Of a stretch of 64,000 bases of DNA, positions 12,392-23,965 are shown one piece after another. The stretch comes from Phaeosaccion multiseriatum (taxonomy: Eukaryota; Protista; Ochrophyta, other classes). The position numbers were made by a program, and so were the translations under genes. The stretch lies in NCBI GenBank assembly GCA_965112735.1, contig OZ218960.1, positions 3,286,001 to 3,350,000 on the forward strand. The letters run 5' to 3'. A model generated the notes under the pieces. The model was not told the origin of the DNA. It worked only from the letters and a program-made list of their open reading frames with translations, and made no database searches. Numbering within the stretch: position 1 is the stretch's first letter; each line of letters opens with the position of its first letter.

Positions 12392-13458
12392 ATGTACACG
12401 ACAGCGGGGATGCTGCTCCTAGCAGTGGCGGGGATGCTGGGAGCGAGGTCGGCAACGGCGACTACAGACAGCTACGGAGCCTTCCCATCGGCGGCCCCCA
12501 CAGCCTCGCCCAACTCCTTCGAATACCTCGACCCCTCCGCGTCCGATAGCTACGTGTACTGGAACCTCACCATCGCCGTTAGCGCCTACAGCGAGTGCGA
12601 GTTTCACACGTTCCAGGTGTGCAAGGTGGGAAGCGTGTTTGGCACGGAGGAGGGCTGCACGGCAGAGGCCCTCTCGCTGTTCCCTGGCGAGTCGTTGGAC
12701 TACTCGTACGGGTGAGTGAGCGAGCCAATTGCATGGGGAAGGGCGCGATTACTGGGATGGACTACACCTCTTCTGCACCGCTCTGTACCGCTCTCACCAC
12801 AGCCGTGCCGCCTCCTGCCTCTCCTCTGTCCTCTCTCTTCTCGCCTCCTTCCTTCACTGTGGCAGGTGGGTGCCTGTGACCGCTGACGACATGGAGACCA
12901 AGGTGTACTTCACCAGCCACACAGACGGCTCTCTCAAGGACGTGGACTACACAGTGCTTGACATCGTGTTGGGCAGCGACGAGACAAGCTCCGACACCGT
13001 CACCGTGCAAAGCACCTACGCTTCCTCAGGCACGTTGACCCCGAATTATCGCATGTCACCGCCGCCACGGACGTACTCCCTCCCTGCGCTTGCCGTGTTC
13101 TATCGTGTGGTTGGAGGGCGGGTTCCTTTCTTCAACCTTTGCTCTGTCCTTGCCAACTACCTGCCCTGTCCACGACGCGCCAACTCTTTGATTTGCTGTG
13201 CTTGACCTTTGCCCCCCTCACCCCTGGAGGCACAGCTGCTCACCTATCACAATGTGAGCTAACTTACGCCGCTCTGCACCATTCTCTCGTGCAACAGATG
13301 GCGACTTCTACAGCAGCCTCCAGACGGCGTATAGTGTTGATGAGGCCGGGCGGGTAACGGGCATGGTGGAGGTGTTCGTAGACACGGTTGACGGGGCGTC
13401 TTGCGCGGGAGGCGCCTTCCCCACAGCGACGCCAACGGCCTCACCCCTCGAACTCTGA
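12392..13458 (+). CDS. Small secreted protein of unknown function; exons 12392-12711, 12866-13029, 13298-13458 (second intron GC-AG)
   Basis: Signal-peptide-like start (MLLLAVAGMLGARSATA) and an acidic core with Cys. GAFPxAxPTASP occurs at both ends. The frame is preserved using a GCACGT donor at 13030. Confidence 0.68.
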
Positions 13459-14620
13459 GGCAGGCGGGCAGGCGGGCAGGCAGGCCGGTAGGCTGGTAGG
13501 CTGGCAGGCGGGCAGGCAGAGCAGGAGGAGGAGGAGGAGGAGGAGGAGAAGGAGGAGGAGCTGCAGCAGGAAGAGGAGGAGGAGGAGGAGGAGGAGGAGG
13601 AGCAGCAGCGGTGCACTCAGGGGGAAGCTCTCACGGCATTGAGAGCGAGGGGCTTGTAGCGCCTCCACTCCTGTCTCGCGGACTCACTCCCCTCGCGCTG
13701 CAATCTGTCCAGCCTTGGCTGCTGCAGTCCAGCCTTGGCTGATTAGCTGCAGGATGGCCACGGGGACGGCAGCAGTAGGAGCGTCAGGCGCAGCTCGTGC
13801 TCTATCGCTGAGAGGTCCAATCGACGCGGACCAACAGACCAGATCCTTCGCCAGATGCTTCACCATATGCTTCACATCGTGGAGGTGGAGCGACGGGGCA
13901 GACTGCCCCTGAGCGGTGGTGCCGATGAGGAAGCGATGAGAGAGAAGCCCTCTCACCTCTCACGGGGACTCACTCCGGCGGCCGGGGATGGAGGGGCTCC
14001 GTCTCAGTCGAAGGGCAGATGCTCGTAATGCCAGAGCCCCTGAGACACTGGGTAGCTGCTGGGCCTTGAATAGCTGCTGCTCGGGATGCTCCGACCCCTC
14101 CCCCAGCCTGAGCCAGAGCAGTCTCTGAGCAGTCTCTGAGTAGTCTGTTGAGTCCGTTGAGTCTCTGGATGGAGCCAAGCCTCGAGCAAGTGGTGCTCCA
14201 GAGAGCGGCGACCTCGAGAGACCCAGTCAGTAGTCAATAGTCAATAGTCAAAGGGGGGGATTTCTCTATACGGAGCATCTGCCTGAGCCCTCTTCAAATA
14301 CATCGCCACAGAGCTTGTAGCAAGGGGTGGGGGGGGGCGTGATGGAGTAGTTTCAGTTTCAGTTCTTCAGACCTCAAACCATCGCTTTGCTTCTGCGCCA
14401 AGCTGCGCCACCAAAAGCAGTCCAAGAAGCGTAAACCACGTAGTGAGACCGTGCCTGCTGATTAGGCTCTCCTGTCCCGCTAGAAGATACAGTTTTCAGT
14501 TTTCAGTTTAGGTGGTGAAGGGGGGGAAAGATGAGGCGGTGGAGAGAGCTTGAATATGACTGCAGTCTTGGCATGCCCCCATCGCCCCCCCTGCCCCCCC
14601 TCTGCTGCTGAGCCCCGACC

Positions 14621-17395
14621 TCAGTATCCCTTCGCCACTTGCTGAGCATCCTACCAGGAGAGTCGCAGTCACATCAACAGACACACGGGGCACGCGAGAG
14701 ATCGACGCGGAAGGGCAAGGGGAGGGGGCGAGTGTCGTAAAGTGGTTGCAGCAGCAGCAGCAGCGGCAGCAGCAGTTGATGATACACCAGCAGGGGATAG
14801 TCCAGCCAAGTCCAGTCGAGAGATGTCGCGAAAGCAAGCAAGCACGCGAGGCAGCAAGGAAGGAAGGAAGCGTGCGTGCGTGGTGTGTGCCCCCGTCATG
14901 TCTGCTGACCTTGTGGTAGCGGGGCAGGGCCTTTGCCTTGGGCTGTGCCATGGGGGTGAGCTTGGCCTTGCTGCTGCTCGCCTGCTGCGCCTCCTGCGTC
15001 TTGGCGTAGCTGTACAGGAAGCCCCCTGCCATGCCCACGGCGATGAAGATGGCAGTCTGTGGCATGGAGGTTCATCACAAGTTGGTCGGCCGTTGACGCG
15101 ACAGAGCACAGGCGAGAGAATCTTTGCCTACCGATCGCCCCCCAAAGAGGACTGCCATCTACTGCCATCTCCTCCTCCCTCTCTCCCTCCGTCCCCTCCC
15201 CTCCCTCACCTGTCTGGTGATGGCTGTATCGAACAAGAAGTATCCCAAAAAAGTGGTGGGGATCTGCGGAGGGAGGGGGGGAGATAGGGGGCAGGGGACG
15301 GACGCCACGCCGGGTCGGTGGGCTGAGACACACACGACGCACACACACACACACACGACACAGACACGACACACACACACTCACACTACGCAACAACCCC
15401 GCTCCACACACACCCAACCCATCGCCGACCCTCCCCAACGCCCCCACGTCCCTCGTTGAAGCCCCTCATTGAAGCCCCCGTTCGTACTTCAACTTCAACA
15501 CACTGCCCTGCTCCTTCCGTCCCTTACCTTGTTGATGCTGCCTATGATGGAGTAGGTGGTGGCCGATGTAACGGATATGCACCACAGAGAGGCGTAGTTG
15601 AGGAAGAAGCCTGCCCCACCCGCGAATGTGTTGAGCAGCAAGTATGAGGGCGTGTGCAGATCAGTACGCTGCGCCCACAGAATGAGCTCCCCCCTGCTCA
15701 CGGCCAGAGGCAGCAGCAGCGCCACGCTGAGGGCGTTGTTGTAGTAGATCATGCTGAACTTCGACAGTTTGATGGTCTGCAGAGAGGGGAAGGGGCAGGG
15801 GAAGGTGAGGGGAGCCACAGGGATAGTTGCAGTTGCAGTTTACTCGTCTCGGTCTACTGTTGAGGGTCCATCGACACGATCCAACGCTAAAGGGCAAACT
15901 CGCCGAGGACCCCAAAATTCCCAACCACGCACTCACGCACCCACACCCTTCCCCCCTCGCACCACTCACCTTGGTGGCGAATCGCATGGCGAGCACATAT
16001 CCAGCGGTGCAGCAGCAATTGGCGCTCATCCACAAATAGCCCCAGAACGAGAAGGAGATGTCGTGATAGGAGGCCATCACCGCCCCCACCGTCATCACCG
16101 CCAGACACGCCACGATGGGCGGGGACACGCGTTGGCCGTTCAAGCGCCAGTCGCCAGCGGTGATGATGATGTTCGTGAGGTTTTTGAATACCGTCACCAT
16201 AGGCACGCTCACGAACTGGAGGGAGGGAGGGGGGGGCAGGGAGAGGGAGGGGGGGAGAGGGGGAGGGAGAAAGGTGAGTGAGTGAGTGAGTGAGTGAGTG
16301 AGGGAGGGAGGGACGGAGGGAGAGGGACAGGCGGGGGAGAAAAAGGGGCAAGAGTGTGTGGTATATGTCCTTGAGAAGCACGGCCGTGTGTGCGTGTGCG
16401 TGAGTTTGCGCTTGCTTGGGTTGACTCAGCTCACGCTCACGTCACAAGGCCCAAGGCGGACGGGTGTCATTGGGTGCCATCGTGCCAGTATCAATCACGC
16501 TAACGCTAGCGAGCCCATCAGCACAGCTCCGCTCTATATCAAAGAAGGCTGGCGTAGGGCTATGGCTGGGGCTATAGCTAGGGTTACGGGTAGGGTGAGT
16601 AGCTCAGCTCTACCTTGAGGGCAAGGAAGTTGGTGGCGAGCATGGACACGAAGAAGAGGTTGACGGGCAGCCACCGCAGGGCCGTGCGCACTTGGAAGGC
16701 CTCCACTTCTGCATAGCCCATCCGCTTGGCAAGCTGCACAAGCACAACAGCCACCACGCACTGATACACCACCACCAGCATGTCCAGGTTAGAATGGAAG
16801 CTTGTCGCCAGGCCCTGGTGCGGAGAGGAGGGGAGGGAGAGAGGGGAAGGAGGATGGAGCGAGAGCGAGAGTGAGAGTGTGACGAAGAGACACAGCGAGG
16901 AAGGGAGGGAGGGAGAGAACGTGAGAGAATGAACGGGAGAGGGAGAGAGAGAGTATGAGGGGGGGAGAGAGAGAGGGAAAGACAAAGTGAGGGAAAGACA
17001 GAGCAAGGAAGGGAGGGAGAAGGAGCGGGAGAGTGAAAGTGGGAGGGATAGAGACGGGGGAGAGAGTGGGAGAGACAAAGGGAGGGAGACGGAGATTTAA
17101 CGGACAATGGGGAATGGCCACTCCAGCAGGCTATACGTCGTTCACGCCGATGAAATGCACCGTTGGCTACTTCTGTACCCTGCGCTTCAGTAGCCCTGAA
17201 AGCAAAGCAAGAGCGCCTCACCTTGTTAGCGATGACCATGGACACTGAGCACGCGCTGTATGCGAGGCATGGCAGTAAAACACTGACAGTTCTGACGCCG
17301 TTCCTCGGGCGGTCTACTGGCATCTCCCTCTCCTGGCTGCTGGTGCTAGTGTTGGTGTGGTGGAGAAGGGAGGACGCCGCCGAACCTCCCGCCAT
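14621..17395 (-). CDS. Golgi nucleotide-sugar transporter, GDP-mannose transporter (VRG4/GONST1-like); ~7 exons, last exon tentative
   Basis: Motifs YSACSVSMVIANK, WLPVNLFFVSML, SVPMVTVFKNLTNI, MIYYNNALS and SATTYSIIGSINKIP (GALNK-type GDP-sugar motif). Confidence 0.9.
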
Positions 17396-17734
17396 GTTGG
17401 GTTAGATGCCCAGGTTGGTGCTGCTGCTGTGCTGCTCCGCGGCCCTGATCACCTTCTGAAGTCACTACGACACGTCACTACGACTCCTTGATACAGTTAT
17501 TAAGTGGGAGAGGGATAGAAGATAACGTCTTCCTCTGGTTTGATTGCTCTATGTCTTTTTTTGCAGCTGTGTCTATATCGCTTATGTGGATTGATTTTGC
17601 AAAATCGTGGGGAGGGTCTCCGCCTTGGGACTCCGCATCCCTCATTTTTTCCCCCACGATCCTGGATCTTGGAAGCAGGATATAATCGATAAAATAGGAA
17701 GGAGGAGCAGGGAATAAGGAAAACACAAGGCAGA

Positions 17735-18299
17735 ATGACGCCGATGTCTATGATGCTCACTGTTCTCTTTTGTCTTGCGGGGAGTATGCTTCTCCTCGCT
17801 CCTGCATGCGCCTTTGTGACCGGACCAGGCCTTCCTTCGCAGACGCGGAGTAGTAGTAGCAGCAGCAGCAGGAGCAGCCGCGGGCTCGCTGTAGGCCAGC
17901 AGCAACGGGGAGTACGTGCGAGAGCAAGTCAGGTGCGCGGATGGTACCAACAGCAGGGAGGAAGAGGAGGAGGAAGAGCGGGAGGGATTGGGAGAAGGGG
18001 GAGACGGGGCGAAGGCAAGGGCGTAGGTAGGGGGGGGGGGTTGCTTGGCCTTGTCACGGGTACATACGCCGAAGAGCTCTCTCCGTCCCTGTACTTGACC
18101 TTGCAATGGGCACATACGCCGAAGCGCCCTGTCCGTCCCTACCATCCCTGCTCCCCTTTCTTCCGCACGGCCACCCTCTCGTATCTGTGTCAACATGCAC
18201 GGCCCAAAGGCATGCTTCTGCGTACCATACGTGAAACGACACGCTCACGACGCTCTCTCTCTATCCTCTTCCTCCCCCCTCTATTCTTCTCTTTCCCCT

Positions 18300-18352
<53 letters not shown>

Positions 18353-19126
18353 CCCCCTCTCCTTCCTCTCTCTCTCTCGATCGGCACTCTGCTGGGCTCA
18401 GCTGTGCATGGGGCTGGAGGACCTTGCCAAGGGTTCCTCCTTCCAGGAGAAGGTGCTTGACGCCTCAAACGACCTTCCCGTCCTCGTTGACTTCTACGCA
18501 GACTGGTGAGTGAGTGGCTGAGTGAGTGAGTGAGTGAGTGAGTGAGTGAGTTGAGTGAGTGGGTGAGTGAGTGAGTGAGAGAGTGGCTGAGTGAGTTGAG
18601 TGAGTTGAGTGAGTGAGTGAGTGAGTGAGTGAGTGAGTGAGTGAGTGGCTGAGTGAGTGAGTGACAGAGTGGGCGAATGAGGAGAGAAACATGCTCTGCT
18701 GGTAACTGTACTGTACCCCTGCTAACCGAGCCTGCCCTTCCCTTGTCACGACAGGTGCGGCCCTTGCCTGCTCATGAACCCCATCATGACCAAAGTGTCT
18801 GCCCAGTACGATGGGAAGATCACCTGCCTCAAGGTAAGAGTCACTCATCCATCTGTGACTTCCTTCCCTTGCCGTGTGTACGTGACTCGCGTACTGCACA
18901 CTTTGAGGTGCTTATGCTCCCTTCGTCCCGCCCTCCCTCCCTGTATCATCAACAGGTGAACACGGAGTTCTACGAGGAGCTGGTGGCCGAGTACAGCATC
19001 TACGGACTGCCCCTCATCGCCATTTTCAAAGACGGCAAGCTGCTGGGCAAGCACGAGGGGGCGGGGGGCATTGTGCAGGTGCAGAAACTCATCAAGGACC
19101 ATCTTCCCGACATCGCCGAGGACTGA
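17735..19126 (+). CDS. Plastid-targeted thioredoxin (m/y-like); exons 17735-17932, 18402-18505, 18755-18833, 18956-19126
   Basis: PVLVDFYADW-CGPC active site is split by intron 2. Cis-Pro motif YSIYGLPL. Signal peptide ends ACA|F, followed by a Ser/Arg-rich transit peptide. Confidence 0.92.
18506..18664. repeat. (GAGT)n microsatellite starting at the 5' splice site of thioredoxin intron 2
   Basis: Directly visible array beginning at the GTGAGT donor. Confidence 0.95.
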
Positions 19127-19913
19127 GCAGTGACTTGGGCAGTTGGTGATACCCTTCTGCCCGACGTGACTAGCGGAGGACTGAGCAGGGGGGCAGTTGG
19201 TGATACAGCAGCAGCAGCAGCAGCAGCAGCGGCAGCAGCAGCAGCAGCAGCGCCACCGATCCGCCTGTATTTGGCTCGCCCTTGGAGCGAGCGAGCGGAG
19301 CAGGAGGAGAGGAGAGGAGAGGAGAGGAGAGTTGAAGTGAGGCTAGGCTCTCTGTTGTTCTGTGCCCCCCCCTCAAGGGTACCGTACCCTTCCTTCCCCC
19401 CCTCGAGTCGGACAGCAACGTACCGACACGCATTGGCCACTGACTGCTCTTGGATGAGTGGTGATTGGCCTGTTATCGACATCCTGTCTGCCCTCTCCGC
19501 ATGGGGGTGGGTGGGTTGGAGCCTCATTCCTCATTGCCAGCGAGTCAGCCGTGCTGTGCTTCGTCCGCTTACGCTTGTTGCCATCAATGCCGTCAATGGC
19601 AATTGCGATACTTCGATTCGATGGGATGGGATGTAAGGCATTGGAAGGAAGGTATCGATGTTATATACTTATGTTATATACAAAGTCAGGGAGAGATTTC
19701 AGGCCTCGCTTCCTTTGATACGGTTTATTGATTGAATTGATTTAATCACAGCATATGATTCTCAAGAAGAAAGGGGAAGTGGACAGATGGCCCGGCCTCA
19801 GGTCTTTGCACATTTTCTCGTTTCGTACAGCGGCCTTTGATTGGGGGGAATGCTGCCCCTCCCCAAGGCCGGCCTCAATTCAGTGACATGACACACCTCT
19901 GCTCTCCCTCCCC

Positions 19914-22900
19914 TCAATCCTCCCACACCCTGGCGAGTCTGTCCGCCACTGCCCGAGCGATCTCGTTGGCAAGCGCCTCTCCCTCTCCCCCATCCTCGGC
20001 CGTCTGTTGCTGCCCGCCCTCCTCGCTGCCTCCGCCCTCACTGACGCCCCCCTCCTCCTCCTCCTCCTCCTCCTCCTCCCCCTCCTCCTCCTCCTCCTGC
20101 TTTTCCTGCTCGTCCTCCCCCCCCCCCCCCTCCTCCTCCTCCTCCCCCTCTCCATCCTCCTCGTCCCTCGCCTCCGCCGCCGCTGCCACAATGTGCTCTA
20201 GCCTTGTGACTTCTTGCACGAGCCCCTCCACCATTCGCTGCAATCGCAACACTTCGCCTCTGCCTTCCCCTCCTTCTCCTCCCCCACCACGGGGGAAATC
20301 CTCGCCCTCGTCCTCTCCATTTCCCCCCACTGCTGCCCCAACTTGGGTGCCCCCCCCGACTCCCAAGTCCAACTTCCTCAGCACGTCGAAGCTCTGCAGT
20401 TGCTGCAGCTGGGCAGTCATATGGGCCACGGCCTCCGCCGCCTTTGCCGTCATCCGCCCGCCCATGGCCTCTCGATACACGCGCTCCTTCTCCGTCTCTC
20501 TCTGCTCCACCTCCTCCGCGCTCTGCCCCCCCCCCCCGGGCCTGCCCTTGCCCGTGGCGCTACTGCTGGCCTTCCTCCTCCTCCTGCTCCTCCTCTTGGT
20601 ACCTGACCCTGATCCCCCCTCCCCGCTGCCACCCCTGCTCTTCGCCACCTTCTTCCTGACCTTCCTCCCATCCTCTCCGTAGCTCACCGCCCTGCAGCCT
20701 CTCGCTCTCCGCTTCACTCCACCTCCTCCTCCTCCTCCTCCTCCTCCTCTTCCTCCTCCTCCTCCAGCCTTGGGGGCATCCCCTCGCCCGCCAGACGCCC
20801 TCTCCTCCCCGTCCGTCTCTCTGTGTGGCCTTGGCTCCTGCGTTGGCTGCTGCCCCACCCACTGATCCAGTGCCTCGTCCACCCCCGCAAGCCCCCCGGT
20901 ACTTGCCCCACTTGCCCTCGCCCTGCTTGCCGCACTTGGCCCCCCCTCTGCACCCTCCGTGGTACCCAAGAAGCCCTGCTGCTGCAAGCTCTCCAAGTAG
21001 CCAAGCCGCTCCCTCAGCTCGCCCTCCACCGCCCATCCACTGCCATCCCCCTCAGGCAACTGCAGCAGTTGGTGCTCCTCTATTCGCCCCCCCTCATCCC
21101 CCTCCTCCTCCGTCCCTCCCATGCCCCTCCTCTGCCCCCTATCCCCTCCCCCTCTCCCCTCCCTCTGCCCCTCCCACCCATTGCCATCTCCCAGCCTCTG
21201 TCCGACCCATCCACTGCCATCCCCGCCACCCGTGACCACCTCCTCTGCCGAGAAGCCCCACTGCGCCAGCCTGTGCACCACATGTCTCTGCCTCAGCGTG
21301 ACGTCAGGCAGCCTCCTCTCCTCCAGCAAGGTGGCCAAGGCATCTTGTTGACTAATGCCCATCCGCTCGTTGCCGTCGAGCACGAGAGCGCATAGAGTGG
21401 TGTTGTGCATGAGCATGACGCTGAGGGTGTCCGCCGACTGAGGGGGGGGTGATGGCAGTGGATGGGAGGAGAGAGGGAGGGGCTTGTTCAGGGGCGGATA
21501 CACAGACGGAGCGTTTGAGTGGACAGGACAGCATGCATCATACGTATGTACATACGTGTATGCATGTGTGTACGGATAGACGGAATGGACGGATGCAGGT
21601 GTGTCTCCCGGTACCCACATAGGTGAGTGGGTACCAAGACAGACAGATGAGTTGTACTCACTGCGTCAATACCCCACTCTGCCTCGCTGCCCCACACCCC
21701 TCACCTTTGGGCCGAGCTGATTGAGGCTGAGATTGGCCCCCACCAGCCATGAGTCCCCCTGCAGCGCCTTGGCCACGCTGTACAGCCCTTCGTCCCCGAG
21801 GGCATTGCCGCTGAGGTCCAGCACGAGCAGCCCCTGCAAGGAGATGTGGGGCCGGGCAGAGGCGGAGGTGAAGTCCGCACCGCTGTAGCCCGAGGTGCCA
21901 CGCAGCCCGGCCGCCCAGCCTGCGTTGTTGCGTCTGCAAGGGGGATGGGGGGGGCAGGGAGGGGCAGGGGGAGAGAGGGGGGAAGCGCGACTGGGGTGAG
22001 CTACGACAGAGCAGCAAGTGCCTCTCTCCACCAGGGCCATACACACACACACACACTGGGCCATCCCCCCTCCCCCTCCTGACTGACAAAGCCACTGACC
22101 TGTTGGCGTGAGCCTTGAGCACGCTGGCGATGGTGCTGCCCCCCTCCCTGCCCAAACTGCACTCCGTCAGCGCCAGGCTCAACAGGCCGGTGTGCGCAGA
22201 CAAAGCTGCTCCCAGCGCGTGGAGGGCCTTGGCGGCGTGGGCATTGCCGTCCCGCAGGGGCACCTTAGACAGCCGAAGAGAGCGCAGGGAGGACTTGCCG
22301 GAGAGCTGGGCAGAGGGACCGGGGCCAGTGCTAGGAGACTTGGTGCTACAGTTGGTGCTACAGGCATTGTTGGCCCTCAGCCCCTTGGCCAGCTTCACGC
22401 AGCCCTCGCCGGAGCCGCCAAGCGCGAGGGGGAGGTAATCCAGCTCCTGGGAAGGGTCAGGGGAGTTTGGAGGGGAGGCGGAGTAAGAGGCGGAGTAGGG
22501 GCATGTATGGTACGGGGAGAGAGTGGGGCAAGCAGGGGCACATTGGGGGAGGCCCCTGTCTGCACTGGGAGCCGCCGCTGCTGACACGATGGACTCACTG
22601 CCTTCCCTGTCTGCCTTGCCAGAGCTGCATGTGTCCCCACTTCTCAGATCTTTGGTGCCTCTCCCTTCCGCCCTCTCCCTCCCTCCCTCTCTCACCAGCT
22701 CCTCCAGCGCTTCCAACTGGCCAAGCCTGCTCATGGCGGCGTCAAAGAGGAGGCGCTCTCCGTGCGGGTCCTTCTGCTTTGCCGTTACGGGGGGCGCGGT
22801 CTTGACAGTTACACGCTTCCCTCCCGTGCCGAGCAGCGTGCGCTCTCCCCCAATCGCTGACGTACTCGTGCGCTTGCGGACAGAGAGGTGCTCCGCCTGG

Positions 22901-23760
22901 AGTGGAGTAGAGGTATATGGGGAGGTAGAGAGGTAGGGAGGGGCGGAGTGGGCGCTCTAGCCATACATAAACCCTGGGGGCTACGTTCCTCAGCACATGC
23001 GTACACACGCCCGACATTCAACCATCCAGGGCCATCCTGGGCACCATCCAGGGCCATCCTGGGCACCATTCTGGGAACTATCCACGGCCCTCCCTATGTG
23101 CCCCAGTGCCCCCTTTTTACAGACGCACACACACGCACCGCCAGAGAGGTGAGGCGCAAGGCTTTGAGCCCCTCCCTTGCCTCCCTCGTCTTGAGTAGGT
23201 TGGCCACCGCCTCGCTGTCCTCCCTGCTCACTGCGCTGAAGTGCCACACGAGCACACCTCGGCCCAGCGCAGTTACCACCTCCTTCGCGGGACGCGTAGG
23301 CAGGGTCGCGCTCTGCAGGCAGGGTGGGGGGTAGGCGGGGAGGGATGAGGTTGAAAGACTAACGACTTTACACATTGCTGTGGGACTGGACTCACCGTGC
23401 ACAGGGAAATGTACTTCTTCTGCAGCGCGTTGAAGCTCCCCCCCGTGAGCATGCGCTTGATGGCGTTGGGGTTAGCGTGTCCACCAGCCACGTTGGCGAG
23501 ATCGTCGATCTCCCTGTGCAGTGTTGAAGGGAGGACGCAGGGGTAAGAACGAGCAGGAGAGAAAAGGAGCGGGGACATGCTTCGATTCGGGACTCCGTCG
23601 ATCGAAAGGGAGCAATTTACAGGCCCCCCTTTTCGAGTCCCTTCTTCTTTCCCTCCTCTCCTGCTCGTCAAGCCCCTTACCTGACGCTGGATCGAAGGCT
23701 CCTCCGGCTCGAGCACCGAGAGAAGCCTCCGACGCTCTGCGAGCGGGCCGTCAACGCCAT
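19914..23760 (-). CDS. CEP78: Centrosomal protein CEP78-like (RI-type LRRs, acidic/coiled-coil tail; multi-exon)
   Basis: IASVLKAHANRRNNAGWAAGLR…GLLVLDLSGNALGDEGLYSVAKALQGDSWLVGANLS…NTTLCALVLDGN parallels the CEP78 conserved block (H..AWAESLR…IGD.GA…L.EDLWL…NTTL). Confidence 0.78.
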
Positions 23761-23965
23761 CCCACCTCCTCTGTCCTCACACTTTACACTTCCACTCCTT
23801 CTGTTTGTAGCGGGCAGTGATACTGCTGCTGAGGTGCTGCAGCGACAAGAGTTACATCGCCATGTAAGCTGTACCTCATCATCACAAATGGCAGGCAGAT
23901 GTCGAGTCCTGATCCTCATCCTTGGAGCGGGATACAGAGAAAATAGAAAATAAAGCGAAAAGCAA

